Notes: a model not told the origin generated them from the letters alone. DNA of 64,000 bases from Rhodothermales bacterium (GCA_965209015.1 OZ242367.1:2048865-2112864); one strand, 5' to 3'. Shown: positions 20,670 to 31,947, numbered from the stretch's first letter. Numbers and translations are program-made.

Positions 20670-21910
20670 GCCCGCCCAGTCATGGATGTGCCTACAAATG
20701 GAGTATTTCGACTCTTGGAATGAATATGTTCTGATTCAAAGGTCCAGCGACTCGTCGCATCGAAAATTGTCAGATTGGCCTTTGCATCAGGTTCAAGCAC
20801 AGGCAGATCAAGTCCCAGAATTCTACGGGGAGCAATGCATAACTTATACACTGCCTCAGCAACACTTAACAGTTGAGTAGCGATAAGATGTTGACCCGTG
20901 AGTCCCCAGGCCGTTTCAAGGCCTATAATTCCGAATGGGGCGGTAGCAAAATCGGTCTCTTTCTCAAAGGCAGCATGAGGAGCATGATCAGTACAAATTG
21001 CATCAAGAGTTCCATCACAGATTCCATCCCGAATCGCTTCCACATCCTCTGCTGTCCTTAGAGGTGGATGCATTTTTGTGTGAGCATCAAGGCCAGATTG
21101 CTCAACCGCTTCATCGGTTAGTGAAAAATGATGAGTGCATGCCTCCGCAGTTACATGGATTCCCTTTGCTTTTGCCTCTCGAATCATGGCAGTTGATCGA
21201 GCAGTAGATACATGGGCGACATGCAAGTGCCCGCCGGTGAACTCTGCTAACATAAGGTCCCGCGCAAGCATGGACTCCTCAGAAAATGTAGGGATTGGTG
21301 TCAAGCCCAGATGCGTGGAAATAAGTCCCTCGTTCATATGCCCCTTAGGACCAAGAAAAAGATCCTCCATATGATTGATGATCGGCTTCCCTACAACCTT
21401 GGCATATTCAAGAGCACGGCGCATCAAGCTCCCATCTTGTACAGGGGCGCCATCATCACTGAATCCAACAGCCCCAGTGGAAGCTAATTCAGCCATCTCA
21501 GATAAACTCTTCCCTAAACGTCCGCGAGAAACACAGGCGATGGGGTGGAGATCTACCGGTAATTCTTCCGCTCGCTTGATCAGTGAGTGAACGGCTTCGC
21601 GATTGTCAATGGGAGGTGTTGTATTTGGCATACATGCAACTGCCGTAAAACCTCCAAATGCTGCAGCTCGGCAGCCAGTTTCAATCGTTTCCTTATGCTC
21701 TTCCCCAGGATCACGAAAATGAACATGCATATCCATCCAGCCAGGAGAAACCATTCGGCCCTCAGCTTCAAATATTGGCTCACCAGAAACTCTGAGTTCA
21801 GTCCCTATTTCTGCAATCATGCCGCCCTGAATACGCACATCTCCACGCTCAATTTTTCCGCTTACCGGGTCAAGAAGTAATCCGTTTTGAATGAGAAGAT
21901 CTGGTGTCAT
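20624..21910 (-). CDS. pyrC: Dihydroorotase (multifunctional-complex type)
   Basis: DMHVHFRDPG, HVAHVS, CTDHAPH. Confidence 0.85.
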   Translation of the reverse strand: MTPDLLIQNGLLLDPVSGKIERGDVRIQGGMIAEIGTELRVSGEPIFEAEGRMVSPGWMDMHVHFRDPGEEHKETIETGCRAAAFGGFTAVACMPNTTPPIDNREAVHSLIKRAEELPVDLHPIACVSRGRLGKSLSEMAELASTGAVGFSDDGAPVQDGSLMRRALEYAKVVGKPIINHMEDLFLGPKGHMNEGLISTHLGLTPIPTFSEESMLARDLMLAEFTGGHLHVAHVSTARSTAMIREAKAKGIHVTAEACTHHFSLTDEAVEQSGLDAHTKMHPPLRTAEDVEAIRDGICDGTLDAICTDHAPHAAFEKETDFATAPFGIIGLETAWGLTGQHLIATQLLSVAEAVYKLCIAPRRILGLDLPVLEPDAKANLTIFDATSRWTFESEHIHSKSRNTPFVGTSMTGRAWAIYNKGHLVEHQP

Positions 21911-22089
21911 GCAGTAGATGATCTAGCTTAATGATGATGAAGATACATATTTTGAGGTTATACTCTCCACGAAACAATTGAATCATTTTACGGTTATTTC
22001 TCGGGAAAATAACGCTTAAACTCATTCCCCTGCTTGACCGATTACTCATTCGCTCCTAGCGACAACCAAACTCTCATACTTGATCATCC

Positions 22090-22818
22090 ATGCCACGAAA
22101 AACCAAAGAAAAACACGAAATTAACATTCTGATTGTTGAAGACGAAGAAGATATTGCTGAAATTACCCGCCACTTTCTGGAAAAAGCAGGCTATAGCGTT
22201 GATGTAGCTTACGACGGTCAGCAAGCTCTCAGTCAGATCCAACCTTGGACCGACTTGGTAATCCTGGATGTCATGCTTCCAAAACTTGATGGGTTTGAGG
22301 TATGCCAACAACTCCGCTCAAAAGCAGCTACAGAAGACATTCCTATTATCTTCCTCACCGCTAAGTCGGAAGATGAAGATCATGTGCGCGGTTTAATGCT
22401 CGGTGGCGATGATTACCTAACCAAGCCTACTTCAATGGAAGTGATCTTGGCACGAGTACAATCAGCCCTCCGAAGGTCACAGGTTAGTGAAATTAAAACG
22501 ATTGAGATTTTAGGGCTTACCCTCTATGTGGACGAGTACCGGGCTGAGTTTGAAGGGAAAGATCTTGGTCTCACTCTGACTGAGTTTGAACTGCTAAAAT
22601 TCTTGATTAAACATCCTCGACAAGCCTACCACCGCAAAGAATTGTTAGAAACGATTTGGAAAGATTCTATGATGGTCACCAATCGAACCGTTGACGCTCA
22701 TATGAAAAATCTGCGCGAGAAATTGGGAGACTTTGCCAAGTACATTCAAACTGTACGAGGCGTTGGATACCGCTTCAATAATGAATCCTCCACAGCAGAT
22801 GGACACGAACATAGCTGA
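22090..22818 (+). CDS. OmpR/PhoB-type response regulator
   Basis: Receiver domain ILIVEDEEDI...DVMLPKLDG...LTAK, with winged helix TVRGVGYRF. Confidence 0.9.
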   Translation: MPRKTKEKHEINILIVEDEEDIAEITRHFLEKAGYSVDVAYDGQQALSQIQPWTDLVILDVMLPKLDGFEVCQQLRSKAATEDIPIIFLTAKSEDEDHVRGLMLGGDDYLTKPTSMEVILARVQSALRRSQVSEIKTIEILGLTLYVDEYRAEFEGKDLGLTLTEFELLKFLIKHPRQAYHRKELLETIWKDSMMVTNRTVDAHMKNLREKLGDFAKYIQTVRGVGYRFNNESSTADGHEHS

Positions 22819-22833
22819 CATTACAAAAGGCTG

Positions 22834-24321
22834 ATGGCATGGCCATCCTACACCAGTAAATCCAGATTCCCGGCACGAGCGCCTGTACGGACATGGATGT
22901 TTCTTACGTTTGCCATTTTTGTTGGGATTGCCGCAGGTGGCGTGGGGTTCTATGTAACACTGGATTTAAGTAATCAAATTCGAAAGGCAGCCCATGTGTC
23001 ACATCTTGTAGATACAGAGCAAATTGCCTCAATCTTATTATCTACTGGTCTGGACTCAACCGCATCTCGTAACTGGCTTAATGAATCCAGTCCAGCCATA
23101 GCAACACTCCTTCAGCTTGAAAATCTTCATGTATTTGTTGGGCACGGAGATTCACTCTATTGGAAGAATGATCCACTGGAAGATTTTATCAGGCAGGATA
23201 TTCTCGCAAGCACCCCGGCTGATGAGCCTTTTTTTGACGTGATTCCCATTCAGAATGGGGATAGAGTGAAAGTAGGTGCTGTTCGTGAGGGAGAGACGGT
23301 TATAGGATTAGTGCGCCCTGTAAGTGCTCTCTACGTATTGGTTGCTAATTTGCGTGACAAGATGATCGGGGGGATTGGGCTCACATTATTTATGTCAATT
23401 CTTGGTGCTTGGGTCGCGTCCGCGCAGGTAACGAAACCCCTCCAAACGATCATGAGTGCCACCCGACGTATTATCGCAGGCGAGTATGGTACTCCAATTC
23501 GTGTATCCTCCCGAACCGCAGAATTTCAAGACCTTGGGCATCACCTTCAACATATGTCCAAAATTTATACAGAAAAGATCTACGAACTCGAGGATCTCAC
23601 CCGGCTGCAAAATGAGTTCATCAGTAATGTGTCTCATGAAGTTCGCAACCCTATTTTTGCCATCAGCGGATTCTTGGAAGCTCTGGGAGCCTCCAAGCTT
23701 TCCAAAGAAAATCGCCAAAGATATACCGCGAGGGGGCTACTTAATTTGAAGCGTCTCAGTAATCTATTTAGTTCTCTCATCGAAATTGCCAGACTGGAGA
23801 ATCGGGACCAGCCCCTTCGTGCTTCAAGATTTAACCTTGCCGAGCTTGTGTTGGATACAGAAGAGATGCTCTCCTATCAGGCTCAGAGGAAAGGACTGCA
23901 GCTTGTGTTTGACCGTGAAGATCTTTGGGTCTATGCGGACGAAGATCTGATCCGAAGTGTCTTTGTGAATCTGGTTGACAATGCGATTCGATATAGCAAA
24001 GCTGGGACGGTCCGTTGTCATTTTCAACAACGTCTCAAAAAAGTTCGAATTGAAATTATTGATGAAGGTCAGGGAATACCTGTGGAGCATTTGAGTTTGA
24101 TCTTTGAGCGCTTTCATCGAGTAGATCTTGCTCGATCGCGACAAGATGGTGGATCTGGACTTGGTTTGGCAATTGTGAAACAAATTTTGCTGGAGCATGG
24201 AGAGAGCATTCATGTTGAGAGTATTCTTGGACGTGGATCCCGCTTCTGGTTTGAACTTCCCTGGGAACCTAAAATCCCCGAATCTACAGGAACCGTTTCA
24301 GGTGAAAACGGTAGCACTTAG
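22834..24321 (+). CDS. Sensor histidine kinase (two TM segments, HAMP, HisKA, HATPase_c)
   Basis: H-box SHEVRNPIFAI, N box DNAIRY, G boxes DEGQGIP / GGSGLGLAIVK. It starts 16 nt after the regulator gene. Confidence 0.9.
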   Translation: MAWPSYTSKSRFPARAPVRTWMFLTFAIFVGIAAGGVGFYVTLDLSNQIRKAAHVSHLVDTEQIASILLSTGLDSTASRNWLNESSPAIATLLQLENLHVFVGHGDSLYWKNDPLEDFIRQDILASTPADEPFFDVIPIQNGDRVKVGAVREGETVIGLVRPVSALYVLVANLRDKMIGGIGLTLFMSILGAWVASAQVTKPLQTIMSATRRIIAGEYGTPIRVSSRTAEFQDLGHHLQHMSKIYTEKIYELEDLTRLQNEFISNVSHEVRNPIFAISGFLEALGASKLSKENRQRYTARGLLNLKRLSNLFSSLIEIARLENRDQPLRASRFNLAELVLDTEEMLSYQAQRKGLQLVFDREDLWVYADEDLIRSVFVNLVDNAIRYSKAGTVRCHFQQRLKKVRIEIIDEGQGIPVEHLSLIFERFHRVDLARSRQDGGSGLGLAIVKQILLEHGESIHVESILGRGSRFWFELPWEPKIPESTGTVSGENGST

Positions 24322-24433
24322 GACTAAATGCTTAACGAAACATCTCATCCTAGGCAGATATCGCCGTGAGTGTAGCCTCCCCGAGACCACTCTTTATATT
24401 GTAACGTGAGCGTTTTTTGTTATCTTCTTCTAC

Positions 24434-26605
24434 ATGATGGTAGGTCTCCCCTCAGATCGTATTGGCTCCAATATTGACTCTAACGAGTCCAACGGCGGCA
24501 TGGGCACGAATGGCCGCTCCCCTGCTATTCTTGCAACTGAACAGCTATCCGTAGCGGATGAGAACTGCTATGGCGAAGGACTTGAAGTTGAGCCGGTTGA
24601 TCTTGGCGACTTTGATGAGTCGACGCTTCTGCATGTATTACAGACCATGTTGATCGCTCGGCTGCTGGATGGAAAAATGCTTGCCCTACTGAAACAGGGG
24701 AAAGGATTCTTTCACATCGGCTGCAGTGGCCACGAGGCTACTCAGACTGCAATAGGTCTTTTGAGTAAGCCGGGGCATGATTGGTTTTGCCCCTACTACC
24801 GGGATCTTGCCCTTGTGCATACCCTCGGCCAAACGATTGAGGAAACTCTTCTTGACCATTTAGCTAAATCTGAAAGTGTCAATTCTGGGGGACGTCAAAT
24901 GCCTGCTCATTATGGTGCCCGTGATAAGAATATATTGAGTGCCTGCTCTTCGGTTGGATCTCAGTATCTACCTGCCCTGGGACTTGCCATGGCTTCCATG
25001 AAACGAGGATCAGATGCGTTTACGTTATGCTCAGGTGGAGATGGTTCAACCTCACAGGGTGCTTTCCACGAGGCTCTCAACTGGGCAGCTCGATGCAAAG
25101 CTCCACTTCTATTTTTGATACAGGATAACAAATACGCGATTAGTGTCCCGATTACGGAACAGACCGCTGGCGGGACTCCCTACAAACTTGCGGGAGGCTA
25201 TGAAGGTTTAGCCAGATATCGAGTAGATGGCACTGATTTCTTTCGAGTTTATGCGGTCGCAAAAGCTGCAATCTCTCATTTACGGGCAGGGAAAGGGCCG
25301 GTTTGTATAGTTGCAGATGTGGTTCGACTTCTACCTCACTCATCCTCAGATAATCATCTCAAATATCGCACAGAAGAAGAGTTAATCCAAGATCAAACAA
25401 CGGATCCCATTACTCGGCTCAAACATGCAATGATTGAAGCCGGAATGCTTACAACTTCCAAATATGACCTGTTGCGTGAAGAAATCAAGACCGAGATTAA
25501 CGAGGTAACCCAATCTGTGGAGCAAAAAGACGATCCAGATCCTCAGCAGGCGGTCACCCATGTGTTCTTTGAGGGTGACCTAAACCTAGCGTACCATGTC
25601 AATGAGTCGCCAGGGAATCCTGTCGTAATGGTAGATGCGATTAACCACGCTCTTCATGAAGAGATGGAACGTGACCCGTCTATCCTCGTCTACGGGGAGG
25701 ACGTAGCAGGACAGAAAGGTGGGGTCTTTACTGCTACCCGTGGACTCACCGCAACGTTCGGTACCGATCGCTGCTTTAACTCTCCATTAGCAGAAGCTTC
25801 TATTATTGGTACGGCGGTGGGACTGAGTGCAGCTGGATTCAAGCCAGTCGTCGAAATTCAGTTTGCAGACTATATCTGGCCTGCTATGCAACATCTGCGT
25901 AATCAAGTTGCTCCCCTGCGGTACCGGTCCAATAATGCATGGTCATGTCCCATGGTTATTCGTGTGCCCTGCGGTGGGTATATCCATGGTGGTTTATGTC
26001 ATTCCCAGAATATAGAAACGATCTTTGGCCATATGCCTGGATTCAGGGTAGTGATGCCCTCATCGGCAGCTGATGCAAAAGGATTACTCAAAACCGCAAT
26101 CCGTAGCCAAGATCCCGTGCTGTTTCTTGAACATAAAGCTCTATATCGGGCTGCAAGTGCCAGGGGACCAGAACCTGGTGAGGACTATTTGATCCCATTC
26201 GGAAAAGCTCATACAGTCCGCGAGGGAACTGATCTGACCATCATCACCTACGGCTTCCTAGTTCATAAGTGTCTGGCGGTCGCCCGACAACTCTCACGAG
26301 AAAATCAGATCTCTGTGGAAGTGATTGATCTCCGTTCTCTTATGCCTTTAGACTCCGAGTCGATCCTTGCCTCCGTTCGCAAGACTCATCGCCTCTTGGT
26401 CGTACATGAAGATCATGAATTTCTCGGATTCGGTGCCGAGATTGCCGCACAAATATCGGATATGGGATTCATCTATCTTGATGCGCCTGTGCGGCGTATA
26501 GGGTCTAAGTTCTCTTATGTGCCTTATGCCGAACCACTGGAGCGAGAAGTTTTGCCACAAGATCGTGATATTCTTTCGGCTGCTCGCTCATTAGTTGCGT
26601 GGTAG
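24434..26605 (+). CDS. Fused 2-oxoacid dehydrogenase E1 component (alpha + beta in one 723-aa chain)
   Basis: The N-terminal half has the TPP-binding motif GDGSTSQGAFHEALNWA. The C-terminal half is E1-beta-like (FNSPLAEASIIG, DLRSLMPLD). Confidence 0.85.
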   Translation: MMVGLPSDRIGSNIDSNESNGGMGTNGRSPAILATEQLSVADENCYGEGLEVEPVDLGDFDESTLLHVLQTMLIARLLDGKMLALLKQGKGFFHIGCSGHEATQTAIGLLSKPGHDWFCPYYRDLALVHTLGQTIEETLLDHLAKSESVNSGGRQMPAHYGARDKNILSACSSVGSQYLPALGLAMASMKRGSDAFTLCSGGDGSTSQGAFHEALNWAARCKAPLLFLIQDNKYAISVPITEQTAGGTPYKLAGGYEGLARYRVDGTDFFRVYAVAKAAISHLRAGKGPVCIVADVVRLLPHSSSDNHLKYRTEEELIQDQTTDPITRLKHAMIEAGMLTTSKYDLLREEIKTEINEVTQSVEQKDDPDPQQAVTHVFFEGDLNLAYHVNESPGNPVVMVDAINHALHEEMERDPSILVYGEDVAGQKGGVFTATRGLTATFGTDRCFNSPLAEASIIGTAVGLSAAGFKPVVEIQFADYIWPAMQHLRNQVAPLRYRSNNAWSCPMVIRVPCGGYIHGGLCHSQNIETIFGHMPGFRVVMPSSAADAKGLLKTAIRSQDPVLFLEHKALYRAASARGPEPGEDYLIPFGKAHTVREGTDLTIITYGFLVHKCLAVARQLSRENQISVEVIDLRSLMPLDSESILASVRKTHRLLVVHEDHEFLGFGAEIAAQISDMGFIYLDAPVRRIGSKFSYVPYAEPLEREVLPQDRDILSAARSLVAW

Positions 26606-26606
26606 A

Positions 26607-29033
26607 CTATTCCAAGAATAGATCCTGCGTACGTTCAAAGTCCCGTCCTGTCAGTCGATCTTGGACGCGTAGCTTCAACGTATATAACCCTGGTTCCTGC
26701 TGACTGGCATCCAGAATCTGATACAGAGATTGAACGCTCTGGGAACCACCTCCATCATAGCTGACGGAGACTCCTTCTTTCCCTCGACGGAATAAACCTC
26801 GGATCACACGGCGAACACGGCCATCCGTTTGTTTCGGCTCCAAGGTGATCTCTACGTTATAGTCTGTACTGCCTTCGGGATTTTGTGTTAACCCGTATAC
26901 TTCGAAATACAGATAGATTGGCCAGTCCGTGGAGTAGACGCTCCAGGGGGCAGGAAAGATTGAGAGATTACTGCGAACAATCTCAGGAGCAGTCAACGGC
27001 TGGCCATCTTCGGTCTCCTCCACAGAATATGCGAGCATGATGTCGCTTAAAATCAGCCCCTCCTGATGATAATCGGGTACTGCAATCTGGCGACGCTGCA
27101 CTGCCACGGTCTGTCCGCTGGCCGTTTCAAACTCCAGTGAGAGTTCATGTGTGCCGCTGGAGGCTTGAATCTCCTGAGTATCTACCCATAAATATTGTTC
27201 GGCAAATGACATGACCTGATTCGTTGGAAGACCATAGATCTTTCGGCGGCGCTCAACGAGGATCTCCCTTTGATCATCTACAAGAAATGTGCCTGCACTT
27301 GCATTGACTTCTATCATCTCCGCGGACGGATCATAGGAAGCCCCAAGTGGAATTCCAAAATTCACGATAATGTCCGTTTGCTGTTCAGTTCCCTTGAAGG
27401 AACTTACGAGAAAAGGGAGTTCAATCTGACGACCGGGGGCAATATACTCGTACCTCTGAGGCGTTTCACGAATCAGTTCTTTGGTAATTCGAACGTAGTC
27501 GTTTACATAGCTGTTGACTCGCTGTGCCATATCCTCCGCTGAAGGAGAATAGATCCGATATTCTCCATTGCGAAATGGATCTTCAAATACAAATCGAAAG
27601 TCGCCATAGTCCCAGATATTATAGGCGTTCATCTCTTCAAATGCCTGTCGCGCAGTGGAATATGCCGCACCAAAGGCTTGCTCTCCATCGACGGTCATTG
27701 GCGTAATTCCTGTGGTGTCCGCCGCTTGGGTTATAGTATTGACGATCGCGCCGATCACGGCCTGCCGTGCCGAAAATACGCCGTCTTCCTGAGGATGAAG
27801 GACAATGTCAGAGTCTGGCGGACCATATCGGATCATGATCTGTCCGCGTTCTGTTTCCCACCCCCGCAGATCTAATCTCTCTGATCCATAGAGTAAGTCT
27901 GCATAGGTCAGCCGGAAATAATGTTCTAACTTTCGCTCGTTATAGGGAGTCAAGAATCTAGGATCTTGGCTAGTCCAATACTGTGCTCGGTATGCAACGG
28001 GATCAAGTTCTTGCAGGCTTTTTTCCTCTTTCGTTAGAAAGAGTGATAGATCATCATAGGCTTGCCTTTCCTCTTCATCCATGAACTCAAACGCCGTCTC
28101 AAAGGAGCGATTGGCTGAATCCATTTCACCAAGCTGGTAATGGGTTATCCCAAAATAGCGCCATAGATCAGGATCCTCGGGGTAAAATCTGTACATCTGC
28201 CCAAGAGTATTCATAGCGTCCTCATACTCTCCTTTCAATGCATAAATCTGCATCATTTCATCATACACACTGCGCCTTCTTGGATCAGATTCCAAGGCTA
28301 TACTCAGATGTCTGATTGCGCGTTGATACGCACGCTCGGCTCGTAGACTAAGATCTATGACGTTGACGCCAAGGGAGTTGAGACGGTCAATATCAAACTC
28401 ATCACTCAGGAAGACCTGATTCGGGTTCAAATCTTCAAGGTCACCGAAGGCAGCTTCAGCATTATCAAGGGGCCCTATGGCGGTGGGAGATTCGAAATTA
28501 CTGTAATCTACTTCGTCCGAGTTCCGCACACTTCCTGCGTACCCATAACTGACCGACGGTAGCATAATAGCATTACGATACCGCCAAAAATCGCGGATAT
28601 ACACTTTCCCTAATTCCTCGTGCGCATAGGCATTGTCTGCATCTAGTTTGAGAATTTTTCGCGCTGTATCCAATCGGCGTGATTCACGTAATCGATCTCC
28701 AAGGAATCCCCAAGATTTTAATTTGTACTGTTGTAGACGAGCAACTAGGTATTCGACATTTTCCGGCTCAAGTTCAAGAGCCCTTTCGATTGCCTTTCTC
28801 GCACGGCCTTCGTCAAATAGAGGCGTTTCAAAGTATACTCTGGAAATCAGAAAATGCGCTTCTGAAAGCTCTGGGTATTCCGACGCCACCCTCTCAAATT
28901 CGCGTACAGCATCTTCGTAACGCTCTGCCCGGAAAGCCTGACGTCCGACTTCCAGAAGATCAGACTGTGCAAAAACATGCGGAATCACCAAGCTAATGAG
29001 ACAGTAACCAAAGAAAATCGTCAATTGCTTCAT
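26607..29033 (-). CDS. GWxTD domain-containing secreted protein with N-terminal TPR repeats
   Basis: Signal peptide MKQLTIFFGYCLISLVIPHVFAQ. Motif RGWETERGQIMIRYGPPD. It converges on the E1 gene with only 1 nt between the stops. Confidence 0.75.
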   Translation of the reverse strand: MKQLTIFFGYCLISLVIPHVFAQSDLLEVGRQAFRAERYEDAVREFERVASEYPELSEAHFLISRVYFETPLFDEGRARKAIERALELEPENVEYLVARLQQYKLKSWGFLGDRLRESRRLDTARKILKLDADNAYAHEELGKVYIRDFWRYRNAIMLPSVSYGYAGSVRNSDEVDYSNFESPTAIGPLDNAEAAFGDLEDLNPNQVFLSDEFDIDRLNSLGVNVIDLSLRAERAYQRAIRHLSIALESDPRRRSVYDEMMQIYALKGEYEDAMNTLGQMYRFYPEDPDLWRYFGITHYQLGEMDSANRSFETAFEFMDEEERQAYDDLSLFLTKEEKSLQELDPVAYRAQYWTSQDPRFLTPYNERKLEHYFRLTYADLLYGSERLDLRGWETERGQIMIRYGPPDSDIVLHPQEDGVFSARQAVIGAIVNTITQAADTTGITPMTVDGEQAFGAAYSTARQAFEEMNAYNIWDYGDFRFVFEDPFRNGEYRIYSPSAEDMAQRVNSYVNDYVRITKELIRETPQRYEYIAPGRQIELPFLVSSFKGTEQQTDIIVNFGIPLGASYDPSAEMIEVNASAGTFLVDDQREILVERRRKIYGLPTNQVMSFAEQYLWVDTQEIQASSGTHELSLEFETASGQTVAVQRRQIAVPDYHQEGLILSDIMLAYSVEETEDGQPLTAPEIVRSNLSIFPAPWSVYSTDWPIYLYFEVYGLTQNPEGSTDYNVEITLEPKQTDGRVRRVIRGLFRRGKEGVSVSYDGGGSQSVQSLYQILDASQQEPGLYTLKLRVQDRLTGRDFERTQDLFLE

Positions 29034-29107
29034 GTCTTAACCCAAGGAGTGAGAAAGAATAGGTGCCACTCGTTCAGTCCAACTTCGGCAAAAATGATGC
29101 CGCCCAG

Positions 29108-30319
29108 TTACTGGACAATCTGGACAAATCGACGCTTTCCAACCTTGACCAGAAAAGGCGTCTGGGCACGAATATCAATGATCAAACGACTATCTGTGAC
29201 TTTTTGTCCATCAATACTGACAGCTCCCTGCTCCACCAGACGGCGTGCGTCTCCATTGGAAGAGGTTAATCCCGCCATGGTGAGTAAATTCAGTAGTCCA
29301 ACAGGCCCCGCTGCTTCCGGGCGAAACTTTGGTACTTGATCTGGTACCTGTTTACGGATGACAGTACGTTCAAAATGTGAACGTGCATCTTCTGCTCCCT
29401 TTGTGCCATGATAGAGTCTGGTAATGGACAGGGCCAGACGATGCTTTGCATCTCGTGGGCGGTCAGTACATAACGTCCTGAGTAGAGGTAATTCGCGGGT
29501 ATCTTCATCACTGGCAAGTTCAAAATAGCGATAGGTCAGGGAATCTGGAATTGACAGTACTTTCCCGTACATCACCTCTGCGGATTCCGTGAGCCCTATG
29601 TAGTTATTGAGCGACTTAGACATTTTCTCGGTGCCATCAAGTCCTTCCAGAATTGGAAGAGTTATACAAACCTGTGGCTCTTGACCTACGCTTTTTTGTA
29701 TACTTCTCCCCATTAGAAGGTTGAATTTTTGATCTGTCCCTCCTAATTCGATGTCTGCTTCAATTTCTACGGAATCCTGAGCTTGAGCGAGTGGATAGAG
29801 AAATTCATGGATCCCAATGGCATCTCCCCGGGCATAACGCCCTGCAAAATCATCACGTTCCAACATGCGGGCAATCGTAGATTTGCCAGCAAGTCGAACG
29901 ATATCCTCAAAAGATAGCTTCCCAAGCCATTCAGAATTATATACAATGCGTATGCGCTCAGAGTCCAGTATCTTTGAAGCTTGCTGAAAGTATGTCTCCC
30001 CATTACGGCGGGTCTCTTCTAATGAGAGTGCTGGCCGCATCTTTGAACGCCCACTTGCATCTCCAATCATGCCGGTAAAGTCTCCAACGATCAAGACAAT
30101 TTCGTGACCAAAATCCTGAAACTGTCGCAGTTTTCTCAGTACCACCGCATGTCCGAGATGTAAATCTGGACGACTAGGGTCGCATCCTAATTTTACCGTA
30201 AGTGGTTTGCCCGTCGTAGATGCACGCTGAAGTTTAACGTGTAATTCCTCTTCCGGTATGATCTCCTGTACCCCACGCTTGAGATGCAGGACTTGCTCTT
30301 CTACTGGTGGAAAATGCAT
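29108..30319 (-). CDS. tyrS: Tyrosine--tRNA ligase
   Basis: HLGH and KMSKS motifs with a C-terminal S4-like domain. Confidence 0.92.
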   Translation of the reverse strand: MHFPPVEEQVLHLKRGVQEIIPEEELHVKLQRASTTGKPLTVKLGCDPSRPDLHLGHAVVLRKLRQFQDFGHEIVLIVGDFTGMIGDASGRSKMRPALSLEETRRNGETYFQQASKILDSERIRIVYNSEWLGKLSFEDIVRLAGKSTIARMLERDDFAGRYARGDAIGIHEFLYPLAQAQDSVEIEADIELGGTDQKFNLLMGRSIQKSVGQEPQVCITLPILEGLDGTEKMSKSLNNYIGLTESAEVMYGKVLSIPDSLTYRYFELASDEDTRELPLLRTLCTDRPRDAKHRLALSITRLYHGTKGAEDARSHFERTVIRKQVPDQVPKFRPEAAGPVGLLNLLTMAGLTSSNGDARRLVEQGAVSIDGQKVTDSRLIIDIRAQTPFLVKVGKRRFVQIVQ

Positions 30320-30320
30320 A

Positions 30321-30785
30321 TCAGTATTGTTTCAGGGTACGCTCCAGTTGTCGTTTCGTATCCCGTTCGGTAATGTCCGCCCGCTTATCGAATAATTTTT
30401 TACCTCTCGCGATCCCAACTTCAACTTTTATCTTGCCACGATTCAGGTAAAGGCGAAGGGGGATCAATGTATTCCCTTTTTGTTCAACTGATTTTTGGAG
30501 ACGCGAAATTTCTTTACGGTGCAACAGTAGTTTCCGTGCACGAAGTGGGTCATGATTGTTCAGATTCCCATGACTGTAGTGAGCAATATGGGCATCAACC
30601 AGAAAGATTTCATGTCGCTCAACTTTACACCAAGCCTCTGCCAAGCTCACATGTCCCTCACGAATTGATTTAACTTCCGTCCCAACCAGCACGATTCCAG
30701 CTTCAATGGTATCTAGAATATGATACTCTCGTCGTGCTCGCCGATTACTTGCCAGTACAGAAGTGGGTTTTTTCATTGCTTTCAT
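30321..30785 (-). CDS. smpB: SsrA-binding protein
   Basis: NRRARREYHILDTIEAGIVLVGTEVKSIREG; 154 aa. Confidence 0.92.
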   Translation of the reverse strand: MKAMKKPTSVLASNRRARREYHILDTIEAGIVLVGTEVKSIREGHVSLAEAWCKVERHEIFLVDAHIAHYSHGNLNNHDPLRARKLLLHRKEISRLQKSVEQKGNTLIPLRLYLNRGKIKVEVGIARGKKLFDKRADITERDTKRQLERTLKQY

Positions 30786-30788
30786 CCT

Positions 30789-31559
30789 CTACCCGGTGTC
30801 CTGCCCCCACCACGGCACCTGCTGCACTTGCTCCGATTTCAATATTGGAATTGATTTAAGCTCACTGCTCACTCCATAATAATACATATACTCCTGGATA
30901 GCAGTGAGTCCAGCGATGGTAACATCATCCAAGCGTAGCCGAAGACTTTCACCAAAGAATAGATCTTCTGGGGAAGACGAACGAAGTCCAAAGTCCTGTG
31001 CAGCGAGTTCCGCCTCTTTCGTGAGTTCAACCAGAACTTGTGTCATTGCATCCGTACCAGTTCCTTGCAGGCAACAATATACTCCCCATACCATAGGATA
31101 TTGTGCAAGTTCAAACCATTCCTGCCCTAGATCCAATATTTCTGGACTGTTCAGTTGATCTAAGGAATCAGCCTTAGAGAGTAGTTCAACATCCGCTTCG
31201 CCCTCTGAAACCACACGAACCTGCCGACCATAATGCTCTTTGAGGATTACCTTGGCCATAAATTCTTCAAGCATCTGATTGGGACCAGATTTTAATGACC
31301 TAGCTTGATAAAGGTCTTGATGGATTCGTATTTGAGCGAATGGGTACGTCCATGAGGATACCGCGCCTCCCGGTACGATATCGAAATTAGAATCAGAGTT
31401 CAGAGCAACAATTACCGGAAGGAGTGCAAGATCAATTTGTTGCTGAATCAACAAATCCGCACATCTTGAAGCAGACTGTTTTTCGACTTCTAGATCCAAT
31501 GACTGAGCTGCAATCTCAAAACATTCAGCCGGCGGAAAATCCCAGTATGCCAGTCGCAT
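30789..31559 (-). CDS. Hypothetical protein, possibly MqnA-like (periplasmic-binding-protein fold, DUF178)
   Basis: The layout ..IDLALLPV..(~150 aa)..LDLGQEWFELAQYPMVWGVY resembles chorismate dehydratase MqnA. This is based on recall only. Confidence 0.35.
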   Translation of the reverse strand: MRLAYWDFPPAECFEIAAQSLDLEVEKQSASRCADLLIQQQIDLALLPVIVALNSDSNFDIVPGGAVSSWTYPFAQIRIHQDLYQARSLKSGPNQMLEEFMAKVILKEHYGRQVRVVSEGEADVELLSKADSLDQLNSPEILDLGQEWFELAQYPMVWGVYCCLQGTGTDAMTQVLVELTKEAELAAQDFGLRSSSPEDLFFGESLRLRLDDVTIAGLTAIQEYMYYYGVSSELKSIPILKSEQVQQVPWWGQDTG

Positions 31560-31568
31560 CCGAATTCG

Positions 31569-31928
31569 CTAAGAATCGCGAACGCGTTCCTGAATACGAG
31601 CAGCTTTGCCACGGAGTGAACGTAAGTAGTACAATTTGGCCCGGCGTACTCTCCCACGACGTTTGACCTCTACATGCGAGATTTTCGGGGAGTGGAACGG
31701 AAAAATACGCTCAACCCCTACCCCACTGGAGATCTTCCTGACCATGAACGTCTTATTTGAGCCAAGACCACGAATGGCAATCACAGTACCTTGAAAAATC
31801 TGGATACGTTCTTTGTCTCCCTCGGTCACGATCAGATGTACTGCCACAGTATCTCCGGCTTCAAATTCGGGAAGAGGTTTTTCGCGTAACTGTGTGGCTT
31901 CAACAATTTTCAACAGATCTTTCGACAT
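31569..31928 (-). CDS. rplS: 50S ribosomal protein L19
   Basis: 119 aa; [30 protein letters not shown]. Confidence 0.95.
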   Translation of the reverse strand: MSKDLLKIVEATQLREKPLPEFEAGDTVAVHLIVTEGDKERIQIFQGTVIAIRGLGSNKTFMVRKISSGVGVERIFPFHSPKISHVEVKRRGRVRRAKLYYLRSLRGKAARIQERVRDS

Positions 31929-31947
31929 GATTCAATTAGCTATAACG

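Noticed and set aside
30321-30785. A search for tmRNA (ssrA) near smpB, and for any tRNA, rRNA, RNase P or SRP RNA in the window.
   Set aside because: I could not find a tRNA-like T-arm/acceptor (GGTTCGAATCC-type) or other conserved RNA core motifs outside coding sequence. No RNA gene is claimed, though a covariance-model scan would be needed to be certain.
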